The notes under the pieces are model-generated. The model did no database searches and was not told the DNA's origin. It saw only the letters and a list, made by a program, of their open reading frames with translations. Shown here in pieces: positions 34,673 to 47,288 of a DNA stretch of 64,000 bases. The translations under genes were made by a program, and so were the position numbers. Source of the stretch: Squalus acanthias (Eukaryota); the NCBI GenBank assembly GCA_030390025.1, contig CM059428.1:131440001-131504000 (forward strand), given 5' to 3'. The first letter of the stretch is position 1, and each line of letters starts with the position of its first letter.

Positions 34673-37652
34673 TAAAATGGCCTAGCAAGCCACTCAGTTG
34701 TAACAAACCACTACGAAAAGCAATAATAAGAATAAAACCGGACGGATCACCCGACATCGACCTAGGCACCGGCTTCGGACACGAAAACAAACACCCAGCC
34801 CAGTTGACCCTGCAAAGTCCTCCGCACTAACATCTGAGGACTTGTGCCAAAATTGGGTGAGCTGTCCCACAGACTAGTCAAGCGACAGCCTGACATAGTC
34901 ACACTCAAAGAATCATACCTTTCAGCCAATGTCCCAAACTCCTCCATCACCATCCCTGGGTATGTCCTGTCCCATGGGCAGGACAGACCCGCCAGGGGTG
35001 GCGGCACAGTGGTATACAGTCGGGAGGGAGTGGCCCTGGGAGTCCTCAAGATTGACTCCGGACCCCATGAAGTCTCATGGCTTCAGGTCAAGCATGGGCA
35101 AGGAAACCTCCTGCTGATTACCACCTATCGCCCTCCCTCAGCTGATGAATCAGTACTCCGCCATGTTGAACACCACTTGGAAGAAACACTGAGGGTAGCA
35201 AGGGCACAGAATGTACTCTGGGTGGGGGACTTCAATGTCCATCACCAAGAGTGGCTTGGTAGCACCACTATTGACCGAGCTGGCCGAGTCCTTAAGGACA
35301 TAGCTGCCAGACTCGGTCTGCGGCAGGTGGTGAGAGAACCTACATGAGGGGAAAACCTACTTGACCTCGTCCTCACCAATCTACCTGTCGCAGATGCATC
35401 TGTCCATGACAGCATTGGTAGCAGTGACCACCGCACAGTCCTTGTGGAGATGAAGTCCTGTCTTCACACTGAGGACACCCTCCAGCATGCTAAATGGGAT
35501 AGATTCAGAACAGATCAAGCAGCTCAAAACTGGGCATCCACGAGGCGCTGTGGGCCATCAGCAGCAACAGAATTGTATTCCACCACAATCTGTAATCTCA
35601 TGGCCCGACATATCCCTCACTCTACAATTACCACCAAGCCAGGGGACCAACCCTGGTTCAATGAGGAGTGCAGAAGAACAAGCCAGGAGCAGCACCAGGT
35701 GTACCTAAAAATGCGGTGCCAACCTGGGGAAGCTGCAACACAGGACTACGTGCATGCGAAACAGCAGAAGCAGCATGCTATAGACAGAGCTAAGCAATCC
35801 CACAATCAACGGATCAAATCAAAGCTCTGCCACATCCTGTCATGAATGGTGGTGCACCATTAAACAACTAACTGGAGGAGGCTCCATGAATATCCCCATC
35901 CTCAATGATGGCAAAGCCCAGCACGCGAGTGCAAAAGACAAGGCTTAAGCATTTGCAACCATCTTCAGCCAGAAGTGCCGAGTGGATGATCCATATCGAT
36001 CTCCTCCTGAGGTCCCCACTATCACAGAAGCCAGTCTTCAGCCAATTCGATTCACTCCACGTGATATCAAGAAACGGCTGAGTGCACTAGATACAGCAAA
36101 GGCTATGGGCCCCGACAACATCCCGGCTGTCGTCCTGAAGACTTGTGCTCCAGAACTAGCCATGCCCCTATTAAGCTGTTCCAGTACAGCTACAACACTG
36201 ACATCTACCCGATAATGTGGATAACTGCCCAGGTATGTCCTGTCCACAAAAAGCAGGACAAATCCAATCAGTCCAATTACTGCCCCATCAGTCGACTCTC
36301 AATCATCAGCAAAGTGATGGAAGGTGTTGTCGACAGTGCTATCAAGCAGCACTTACTCACCAATAACCTGCTCACTGATACTCATTGGGTTCTGCCAGGA
36401 CCACTCGGCTCCAGACCTCATTACAACCTTGGTCCAAACATGGACAAAAGACCTGAATTCCAGAGATGAGGCGAGAGTGACTGCCCTTGACATCAAGGCA
36501 GCATTTGACCAAGTGTGGCATCAAGGAGCCCTAGCAAAATTGAAGTTAATGGGATTCAGGGGGAAAACTCTCCACTGGCTGGAGTCATACCTAACACAGA
36601 GGAAGATGGTTGTGGTTGTTGGAGGTCAATCAGCTCAGCTCCGGGACATTGCTGCAGGAGTTCCTCAGAGCAGTGTCCTAGGCCCAACCATCTTCAGCTG
36701 CTTCATTAATGACCTTCCCACCATCATAAGATCAGAAGTGGGGATGTTCGTTGATGATTGCACAGTGTTTAGTTCCATTCACAACTCCTCAGATAATGAA
36801 GCAGTCCATGCCTGCATGCAGCAAGACCTGGACGACATTCAGGCTTGGGCTGATAAGTAGCAAGTAACATTCGCGCCACACAAGTGCCAGGCAATGGCTA
36901 TCTCCAACAAGGGAGCGTCTAACCACCGCACCTTGACATTCAACGGTATTACCATCGCCAAATACACCACCATCAACATCCTGGGGGGTAACCGTTGACC
37001 ATAAACTTAACTGGACCAGCCACATAAATACTGTGGCAACAAGAGCAGGTCAGAGGCTGGGTATTCTACGGAGAGTGTCTCAGCTCCTTACTCCCCAAAG
37101 CCTTTCCACCATCTACAAGGCACAGGTCAGGAGTGTGATGGAATACTCTCCACTTGCCTGGATGAGTGCAGCTCCAACAACACTCAAGAAGCTCGACGCC
37201 ATCCAGAACAAAGCAGCCCGCTTGATTGGCACCTCATCCACCACCTTAAACATTCACTCCCTCCACCACCGGCGTACTGTGGCTGCAGTGTGTACCATCT
37301 ACAAGATGCACTGCAGCAACTCGCCAAGGCTCCTTCGGCAGCACCTCCCAAACCCACGACTTCTACCACCTAGAAGGACAAGGGCAGCAGGCGCATGGGA
37401 ACACCATCATCTGCAAGTTCCTCTCCAAGTTACACACCATCCTGACTTAGAAGTATATCGCCGATCCTTCATCGTCACTGGGTCAAAATCCTGGAACTCC
37501 CTCACTAACAGCACTGTGGGAGTACCTTCACCTCATGGGTTGCAGCAGCTCAAGAAGGCGGATCACCACCACCTTCTCAGGGGCAATTAGGGATGGGCAA
37601 TAAATGCTGCCCTTGTCAGCAATGCTCACATCCCATGAATGAATAATAAAAA
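34673..37652 (+). mobile_element. Near-complete ORF2 of a CR1-group LINE (AP endonuclease + RT), disrupted
   Basis: Endonuclease PDIVTLKESYL...WVGDFNVHHQEW; RT ALDIKAAFDQVWH...GVPQSSVLGP...FVDD; 3' end with AATAAA and ATGA repeats. Confidence 0.9.
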
Positions 37653-38535
37653 ATGCCTGGGGGCATTCCTGCACTACCTTGGAAATTATGTCCAGCTTGT
37701 GTTAAAATAGCAAAGGAAGGCATTTCCTGTAAATGTATTAAATCTTCATATGGTACTATCCCCAGGTGTAATTTCAAGCCCATAGTGCTTAACTGTGGAA
37801 CAAGAACATTAAATTAGAGCAAGTGTACAAAGTGGTAATAAAATCTTTGTTAAACCTGTTGCAATATTACATAAGTTCCTAACGTTTGAACTGAAATCCT
37901 TTTACGATGTCGTGTTAATTGGTTGCAATGTTTACTTAATGAAAACTCAAACAGCTGATACACTAATTAAAAACAAAGCACTTAGTCATTGCATCATCAG
38001 TTTATTATTACTGTGAAATCTTTACATTTCAAAGCTGCCTTCATTTTCTTTACTGTTGGTGCATTTCATTTTCTTTGAAAAAAATTATAAAGGCAACTGA
38101 AGCTTTAATGTTAATGGGCCATCCGAGTTCTAGTTTAAAGCTGTACAATTGCAGGCAGCACAATGGTGCAGCAGATGTAGGGTTGTGCCAGTAACTCCCC
38201 AAGTAACAAGCTCCCTATCATGCTGGGTGAACATTCAGAATTTACATGTAGGTTGGTGAATCAACCCAGCCTACTTTCCTGCACCTCTTAGTAGCTGGTT
38301 TCAGGGCAGCACTGGCAGAGGTTTGGGAGCAGATTGCTTGCCCAAATAATTCTCGGGCAGGGCATTGTGTGTGGTGTTGGGGGACAGAAAAAGAAAAAAA
38401 AACAGTTCAACATGCATGAGAGCAGAAACACATTGTCCCAACGTCCACTGCTGTAATAACCGCTTTAGGTTGTTTAAGATGTTGCCATGGTTGTGGTTAT
38501 GGTGTCACTCCACCAAACCCAATGCGCTCTGGCAT

Positions 38536-38678
38536 TCAAAGATAGTCTACCTCAGCAGTTTCTAAATGCTTCGTAATGTAAGCTACTAAAAACTTTTCAT
38601 TATCTGGCTCTTTGAGGTAAAAATGGCCTCCAGGAAGCTTGTGGATGGTAAATTCCCCACTTGTTAAGTCGTTCCAGG
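38536..38678 (-). CDS. OLAH: Oleoyl-ACP hydrolase (thioesterase II), terminal coding exon
   Basis: ctgcag acceptor; (A)[49 protein letters not shown] with the catalytic-His motif GGHFY; phase fits the upstream exon. Confidence 0.92.
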
Positions 38679-38892
38679 CTGCAGGGTTTAAACAAAATTC
38701 AATTTTAATCCTCTCTCCAATAGTAGAATTTAATTACAAAACACAAAATACAATTTTAATCCTCATCTTATTGTTGAATTGTCGTTAAAACCCAACTCGT
38801 TTCCTGAATGTTCTTCAGGAAAGAGAACATGTCACTCCACCAGGTCTGGCCTACACATGGCACAAGTCCCACACTACATGATTGACTCTTAA

Positions 38893-39649
38893 GGGATCAT
38901 TTTAACCGCTAAGAACAAGTGGGTTTGGGTCGGATGGAAAGTAAAAATGTTAAAAATTTCTAACCCGACCCCAACCCACCCACTTCCGGTTTTAACAGAG
39001 GCGGGTCGGGCAACCAATCCGCTCTCAGGAGGCAGGTTGGTCACTGAAATCTTTTAAGGAGGCTGTGGGCCTCCATTTTAACATGATTTTTATTTTTAAC
39101 TAACGTCGGCCAGGTTTCCCGGGGCTCGGGAAATCCGGTAGATAAAAGGAGGCAAGAAGGGCCAGATCCATAAGGTAAGTGCATTTATAGCACTGCTTGT
39201 GGGTCAGGAGGAGCTGAAGTGTTTCCTCCAGGCCCAACAAGCAAACCTCTTTACAGACCCCGCGATCGGCCAACCCCTCAATGTCCCCCACCACCCCCCT
39301 CAACTTCCATGATCTCCTCCCAACCTCCACGACTCCCCACCCGAAGAGCCCGAACTCGATTTCTTCTGCCCCCCCACCCCCGCGATCTCCCCCACCCTGG
39401 ATCTCTCTCTCCCTCCCTCCCTTCTCTCCGTTCCCCGGCTGCGGTCTTGTGCCGCAGGCTTTCCCACCCGACAGGCAGACAGCCTATTAATCAGGCTGGC
39501 TGTCTGGCGGGAAATCTGCTGAAAAATTTAAAAGACGTCCTGCTATTAATTTCAGCAGGACGTCCGGGAAACCCTTACTTTTGGGTTTCCCATCCGGAAA
39601 TCCTCCCCACCCCCGCTCTCTTCACAGCCCCAAGTAAATATCGGAGCCC
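38893..39649. mobile_element. GC-rich MITE in an OLAH intron
   Basis: GGG...ATTTTAAC start and GTAAATATCGGAGCCC end; shares internal blocks (GCACTGCTTGTGGG.CAGGAG) with 40222-40912 and 40918-41649. Confidence 0.7.
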
Positions 39650-39965
39650 GAATGTCCCACACTACCTGCTTGACTCCTAAGGTTAAGTCTTAATAAATGC
39701 TGCCTTGCCAGTGTTGCCCACATTCCAAGAACAAATATATTTTAAAAATTCTGTTGAGAGACTAATTTCTATATTTATGCAGTATCTCCATTTTGTATTA
39801 TACACACCACTTATGATTTTGAATAAGGGCAAGGAAGCGCTGTAAAAGGCAGGACTGTCAGCGCAGTCAGCCTGCCACCTAATTCTGTGCACAGTTGGTG
39901 GATCTTACCGGGTGGATGAATTTAGATGAGCCGAATGGCATTATTTCTTCCGTAACTATCCTGAT

Positions 39966-40006
39966 TGTGTGTGTGTGGTGTGTGTGTGTGTGTGTGTGTG
40001 TGTGTG
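39966..40006. repeat. (TG)n microsatellite
   Basis: About 19 TG units with one interruption. Confidence 0.95.
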
Positions 40007-40221
40007 CCCTGATGTGGTGTGCTGATGGTAGAGGATATCAAAGCTAAGCCAGATCCTGTTTTTGTCTGGTGCCCACCCATGCAAACTTCCAGCAGGTGGC
40101 ACTGTATTGCAATCAGGCTCAAGAACACTGTCTGATATTCTCTTCTTTTACACAGGGATGCTCAGAACAACAGTAGTAAAGCCGAGATCAGCTAACTCAG
40201 CCAGGACTTTCCTGATTCTAT

Positions 40222-40912
40222 GGGGGAATTTTAACCCTCCAGGATGGGCAGGAGAGGGGGGTTAAATTCTTGAAAAAGGGAAACCTGACCCCCAGCCCGC
40301 CGTGAACGCTCCTACTTCCATTTTAACTGGAGCGGGTTGGGGGTTGGGCGAGTGAGTATCCTGCTCTCGAGAGGCGGGCCAGTAAATATAATATTTAAAT
40401 GAGGCTGCGTGCCTCAGATTTTAGCAGCTATTTGGATTTAATGGCTGGGGGCTGGGTTTCCCCGGGCTCAGCTAAAGGGAGGCGAAAACTGCCGGCTGCA
40501 GCAGGTGAGTGGGTTTCCAGCACTGCTTGTGGGCCAGGAGAAGCAGGAGTGCTTCCCCCCGGCCCCCCAAGCTAACCTGCTGCAATCCGATCCGAACCCC
40601 CATGCGATCCGATGCCCCCCCCCCCCCCCACCCAACCCCTCTCGATCTCTCCCTCCGTCCCTCCCTCCTCTCAGTCCCCGGATCCGGCTGTCTACCGCAG
40701 GTCTTCCAGCCCGGCAGCCGGCCAGCTTTCATTCTGGCCAGCTGTTGGGTGGGAAATGGGGGGGAAAAACATTCAAATGAGGTCTTGCCGTTAAATTCAG
40801 CAGGACCTCCGCGTTTCCTGTATTTCCGGGTTTCCCGGCCGCTAAAAGTTGCCTTTGTGCCCTCCCCCCACAATATCGGGGACAATATGGCTCAGAGACG
40901 AATATCGGGGCC
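40222..40912. mobile_element. GC-rich MITE
   Basis: Related to 38893-39649; terminal motif AATATCGGGG occurs twice (40872 and 40901). Confidence 0.65.
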
Positions 40913-40917
40913 AAAAT

Positions 40918-41649
40918 GGCCTCGATATTAACCTGCCCACAACAGGCGGGAGAGCGTTTAAAAAAGTGAAACGCATGGAACGCGACCCCAATACGCCGCA
41001 CACACACACACCCGCCGGCGTACAAATGGGGCGTCTGAGTGTCCTGCTGTGGAGAGGCAGGGCGTTTTAATTAACATATTTAAAGTGGGCTCCCACAGTG
41101 CAATTGGGAGCCTGATTTGAAATTTGCTGTTGCTGCACGGGTTTCCCAGGGGTCGGGAAACTCGGCAGTGAAAGGGAGGTGGGAGCTGCCGGCTCCACAA
41201 GTTAGGTGGCCGTTTCAGCACTCCTTGTGGGCCAGGAGGAGCAGGACCGCTCCCCTCAGGCCCGTTAAGGAACTCTTCGGCCTTCCTCAACCCTGATTGG
41301 CAGGCTTCCCCCACCAGCCCCCCAATTGCAGACCAACACCCCGCCCCCCCAGCCCTGATTGCCGAACCCCCCCCCCCAGCCCCCCTGATCGTTGGCCCCT
41401 CCCCTCTCCTGATTGCCGACCTCCCCCTCCCGCCTCTCGATTACTGGGGACCGTCCCCAAGGGTCCCTGCCTGCGATCTGCTGCCGCTGGTGTTTCCTCC
41501 CGCCCGCCGGACAGGCTGTCCATTTGGCCGGCTGCTGGAGCTACGAAATGTTGATGAGGTCCTGCCGTTAAGTTCGGCAGGACCTCCGCGTCCCCGGCCT
41601 AGCTGGGTTCTTCGGCCTCACCTGCACCCTCCCCGTAAATATTGAGGCC
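40918..41649. mobile_element. GC-rich MITE directly adjacent to the previous one
   Basis: TIRs GGCCTCGATATTAAC / GTAAATATTGAGGCC (13 of 15 match). Confidence 0.75.
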
Positions 41650-41806
41650 TTTATTTCGAAGACACCAGACAGCTAATGATTTATACTGCTTTATACAGGT
41701 AAGACTAATAAGCAAATGTGATGCATGCATGAACCAAACAAAAATTATTTTGTGTGACTGTATAGGTTCAAGCCATATACTGGAACATTACTGAAATTAG
41801 TCTCAC

Positions 41807-41889
41807 CTTCAAGGTCATGTGGCACATCCTCTTTTCCATCAAAGCTGGTGATAGAACAAGAGAGGAGCTTGTTCTGTGGTTGTTCATAT
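41807..41889 (-). CDS. OLAH: Oleoyl-ACP hydrolase, internal coding exon
   Basis: 83-nt exon, ctacag acceptor and gtgaga donor: (R)YEQPQNKLLSCSITSFDGKEDVPHDLE; phases fit both neighbours. Confidence 0.9.
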
Positions 41890-43303
41890 CTGTAGCAGAA
41901 ACAAACTCAGTTCAAAAATCATTCAAAAGTCATTAACTTCACACTAAACAACAACAACTTGCATTTGCATAGCTCCTTTATAGTAAAATGTCCCAATGTG
42001 CTTTTCTGGAGCGTAATCAGTCAAAATTTGATATCTGACATCAGAAAAACACATCAATTTAAAAAAAACCAAATGTTCACTTCATTCTATCCTCCCTTCA
42101 GTTCTACCTTACACATAATATTTCACAGGTATGGCAGCAGTGAGGCGATTGGCTGCCAAGCTGTTTTGGGGATAGCCTATAGGACGTGCAGAAGGACAGC
42201 TTGGTGTGAGTCGGCTGTGGAGTTCCCCTTCTACAAATGCCTAGCCTCAACTCAACGCCTCCCTTAAGGAACAAATAAGTCCGGGAACCCATCAAATGGG
42301 GAATCACAGGCACAAACCTTCATCCTGCCAGTCCATGGGATAAGTTGTCTCCTCATATGCTCCTTCTCACAAAGGTGATTAAAGCTGACATCTGTAATTT
42401 TAAGAGGAGTTGAACTGGCATTTGGTAAGAAAATCAACGGAAGGATATACTTGTGAACTGTATATTCTGGGGTCTGTGAGATGGACCAAAATGGTCTTCA
42501 CATGTCCTGTATATTCCTATGTTCCTTGTTATTTTACAACAAAATTTGCATGCTATATATAAAAGCTATTTTATGAGTCCACTCAACAATTTTGAAGAGC
42601 AGTACTGGGTTTTAAAATATGTTAACAATACCACATTCCCTACATTGGGAGTTTCTGCATCCCTGGCTGCTCGGAGGCCTGGCACAGCTTCAGTAGCCTG
42701 CAAGCCTAGTGAAACCAGGAGTATCAGGTTTTCAAATGTCCGATGTGGGCCCAGGGATGATGTCTGGACTCCAAAGAGGAAGGCCCACTTTTTTTAAAAA
42801 AACAGTAATTTTTAGGCAGCCCCTTTACAAGGAGGCTGCGAGGACAGCTCCTATGTTTCTGGGGAGGGACTGGGCCTGGCATTGATGTCTTCGTCCAGAT
42901 TTTCTAGCTTCCTCAGCCTAGCAGGTGCCTAGTTGTGCCCCGGTGACTCAGGCATCCAACACTGGAATGGTGATTAGGTAGCCTCCCGCTGACCCTCGAA
43001 AGTTTGTTGGGGGTCAGCGTAAGTGCCGGGATTGCTCCGCGGATCTTATTCTGCAATTTTCTCTCAGTCTAAAACTGAAGTTTGTTACTGCACAAATATT
43101 TTTTTTAAAGTTGGTGTGTTTACCCTTGTACACTGCCTGAAAAAATGCTGCTGTGATGAATGTCTGCATTTTACCTACTAAAAGGTTACTGTCGAAGGCA
43201 AGAAGGGTTTAATCTAACTGGATTCTTTCATGTTCACACTATGAATTACACATTGTACAATGGTACAGCCACATGATCACACCAAAAAGGATCATATACA
43301 TTT

Positions 43304-43724
43304 CATAGAAACATAGAATCTAGGAGCAGGAGTAGGCCATTCGGCCCGTCGAGCCTGCTCCACCATTCAATACGATCATGGCTGATCATTCAAATCCAGT
43401 ACCGTCCCTGCTTTAATCCCCACAGTACACATATCCCACCCTACCCCCATAACCCCACGTATTTAATTCCCCCTAACATATCCCATCCTATCCCCATAAC
43501 CCCACATATTTAATCCCCCCCTAACACTAAGGGTCAATTTATCATAGCCAAATCAACCTAACCCGCACATTTTTGGACTGTGGGAGGAAACCGGAGCACC
43601 CGGAGGAAACCCACGCAGACACGGGGAGAATGTGCAAACTCCACACAGACAGTCACCCGAGGCCGGATTCGAACCCGGGTCCCTGGCGCTGTGAGGCACC
43701 AGTGCTAACCACTATGCCACCGTG
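43304..43724 (-). mobile_element. HE1-like V-SINE, second copy
   Basis: Nearly identical to 9661-10078. Confidence 0.88.
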
Positions 43725-43820
43725 TGAAAAACAAATCAAAAGAGAAAAAGGTAGAAAATAAATCTGGCACGCTGTACCTATTTTATAATCCAAATCTTAC
43801 TGTTTATTATGCAGATTTAC

Positions 43821-43990
43821 CTAATTAATTCCACAAGTCTAAGATCTGCTTTTAAAACTGGGACAAACAGTTGCAGAACGTCTTTATTTGTAAGTATTTC
43901 AGGTGGGGTGCCACCGATGGATGTCATCCATTTCAAGAAGTCATCATCTGGGAGGTCTGACCTCATCCGGATGGGGTAACGAGTCGCAGA
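43821..43990 (-). CDS. OLAH: Oleoyl-ACP hydrolase, internal coding exon
   Basis: 170-nt exon, tttag acceptor and gtaaat donor: SATRYPIRMRSDLPDDDFLKWMTSIGGTPPEILTNKDVLQLFVPVLKADLRLVELI; GGTP and P.LKADL are thioesterase II lid motifs. Confidence 0.92.
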
Positions 43991-45966
43991 CTAAATGATA
44001 GAAAAAGGTGAAATAATTATCCAGTGTCATTTCAACAGTTAACCTTTATATAAAAAAGTGAAGCCAGGTAAAGACAGTGCAAATTCATTTGTATACTGTG
44101 CATGTTTGTTATGGCTATAAAGGTGTGGGATATCAGTGCTAGACTGTCAGTTGTAAGCACTTCCATCAGTTGCAACACAAATTACATGCAGCTCTATTTA
44201 CTCTGCTCCAATATTGGGCCTTAATTCCAACCTTAAATTACATCCAAAGAACTTTTTTCAGTTCTCACACCAGCCATCCTTGAGTGAGTACCAATTTAGT
44301 GCTAAATTATGGTCAGTTTTGTTTTGTCGTGTCCTCACGAGGAACATGGCTGAGACTGCACAAACGTACTTAATTTAGGACTCTTGCAACTGCCAGCAAG
44401 GAGACTTTCATCCAGTCAGGCTGGGTTCCAAAGATGATGGATGAAAGGATGTGAGGTAATCCACTGCTTCACTTGGTCCCTGTACAATGCATAATGAATA
44501 AATGCAGCAAAGCTGCTAAATACATATAACTGCAGGACTAACATCTCACATATAAACTGGACAGTTCTATGGGACTGATAAGGCAGTACGGTCACTGCCC
44601 TTTGGTTACTGTGTGTGCCTGTGCTCCGCTGAGTTGACTGTATGCACTGTGAACTTATTTAAATAAATATTTAGGGCCCTTGGCGCATAACATGCTGGGA
44701 GCATACAAGGGCCACACACAGCTTATATGCCACTAGCAACTTCTAAAAAGGTCTGCTGGTCCCCTTAGGAAGGGAAATTAGCTGAAAGATTAAAACATGG
44801 CAAAAGCAAAGAGAAAAGGCGGAGGATTACAATTCCAAAACACTTTGCTGCAGATGCTACAGAGAAGGGTGGATACTTTTGGAGCTGAAAGCCACTTTCT
44901 AGTCAAGACTACTGTCCGAGCAGCATGAACAGTGCGGCAGAGAAAGATAATGCTGTCTCAGCTGTGAACCTGGGAGCAGGTGTGGTGAGGAAGAACTTTG
45001 CTGGGCTATGCAAGGTTGCCAGGTTAAGTGTGTTCACACGTTGCATAATTTAACAGTGTTGTCTTACAAGGTACATTAATAGCACTTTAATGTAGATGTG
45101 GTACAGCAGCACAGAAGGACAACATACAGCTCTTTAGCAACGGTTTATCTATTTACAAATGTACAGGCATGCCCACGTTTTACAGGATGCTCTGCATTGC
45201 TGCCGTCACAATGAGTTTGTACCTTGGCCCATAAAATGTGGCAAGCGACAAACACAAAGCATGCTGCCCACGCAAGATACCTGTATGCACTCATGTAAGG
45301 TGGCTGCTAGTCTGAGCACGTGAGCCACATGCATCATCTTGTATATTGCTTACTTCAACATCTGTCCCTGTACTAACTCCTTGCAGGAACTGCCTGCACA
45401 TAACCAGTGCTAGCAAATGGAGTAAGCGAGGGTTCACCTCAGCTGTGACTTTTGACTCCTTGTGAGGAGAGGGCTGTGGAGATTGTGGACAGGAGGCAAG
45501 TGTGGGGGAGCGGAAGGTCAGAGGTTTCTCAAAAGCAGCATCATCGGTTCTTTCTTTCTCTCCTTATTTAGTCACTCATTCCCTCAGACATAAACATACA
45601 CTGCAGCACAACAGCCTAACACTGCAGCACAACGGCCTAACACAATCCAACGTCTCCATTTAAAGCTCTGTTTAAGGGGCGTTTTACTGCTACCATTCTA
45701 AAATATGCTTTTCTTCTGTTCCTCTAAGTGCCCAAGGGGAGATGGTTCAGAGTGCTCTTAATGGACACAAATGAGCGCCTCACACAGATACATCCACATC
45801 ATTGAGGTCAGTTAACGAGTTGCAGGAGGGGGCAGAAGCACAGAGCACAAGCCAGATGGAATTGAAGGAGCTGCAACCTGCTGACTAGAGGGTCAGTTCA
45901 GGAGCTCTAGCAGCTGCTGAGCCTTCAAATGCAAAGCTTGCCTCCAAACACAGTTTGGTAACTCAA

Positions 45967-46374
45967 AGAAAGAAAGAATTTCCATTTATATAGCACCTTT
46001 CATGACCTCAGGATGTCCTGAAGCGCTTTACAGCCAATTAATTACTTGTGAAGTGTAGTAAGGGTTATAATGCACATAACATGGCAGCTAATTTGCACAC
46101 AGTAAGGTCCCACAAACAGCAATGAGATAATGACCAGATAATCTGTTTTAGTGATGTTGGTTGAGGGATAAATATTGGCCAGGGCACCGGGGTAACACTT
46201 CAAGTGGTGGCATGAGATCTTTTACATCCACAAGAGAGTCAGGCGGAACCTCAGTTTAACGTCTCATCTTAAAGACGGCATGTCCAACAGTACAGCACTC
46301 CCTCAGTACTGCACTGAAGTGACAGCCTGGATTCTGTGCTCAAGTCTCTGAAGTGGGACTTGAATCCACAACCT

Positions 46375-46411
<37 letters not shown>

Positions 46412-46415
46412 GGCT
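45967..46415 (-). mobile_element. Nearly full-length Deu-domain SINE (SacSINE1-like)
   Basis: tRNA head AGCCTTGGCTCAGTGGGTAGCACTCTTGCC...GGATTCAAGTCCC, Deu core and L2-like tail. Confidence 0.85.
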
Positions 46416-47288
46416 TACACCTATCACAGTTCATGCAGTCATTGGAAAGCATGCAAAACAGCTTATTCAGTTTGGGGGCAAACCGCATGACCATCTGACT
46501 GATTTGTAGATCACCATGGAGAGCGTGCCCACCCAAGGTCCTGCACTGTGGAACTCTCCTTGAATGAGGTCTAGGCTTGGGCATAGCTTACATCACAAAT
46601 TTATTAGCTAGGGATCGTGAGACCCTGAGCTTCGATCTACAGCAGTCTGTCTTGTCTGAATTCACCATGTTGGAGAATCAGATTGAAGCAACCATAACAT
46701 GGCTTGAACTATCTCAATGCCGCTCAGTAGCCTGCTACCACGTAGATCTCTGAACATGCTGAGGGAGCATCCAGAAGGAAGATGGCTAGAGCCTACACAG
46801 ATGATGGGGTTGTCTCTAACTCCACTTAAATAAGTACAGATGTCTCACACAGCAGACAGGCTCAAGCTGTCACTGAATTACTAACCTGCAGCCCCTGTCA
46901 CTGCAGATCCTTCTAGAGAGACAGCACAAGAAGGTGTTAGGCCACTTCCATCTCTAGAGGTAGCCACTGAAATGCAACAGCCATCCACCTCACTTCCTCC
47001 TCTGACCAGGGAAACACTTAGAAGGAGTATACGGTTAGGAAGTAGAAGACACAACAAACACTGCCACAAAGTGAAAGCATCAGGGAAAACATATCTGCCC
47101 CACCTGCAGTTAGTGTGAATAAAATTTGGGATCACTGGGGGCCAAGAGTTTTTGTTATGAGGCAGATTAAGGTAGTTAGTGAGAAATCCTGCTTTAATGA
47201 AAGGTCTCGATTTTACACTTAGGGAAACAGGGACTTTATTTGCTGAGGTATTGAGCAGATATGGATGTGACTGTTGTGCATTGGCTAG

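Noticed and set aside
42316-42395. Minus-strand AG/GT-bounded segment as an extra OLAH exon
   Set aside because: It has an immediate stop in the required phase, and the flanking exons already join in phase without it
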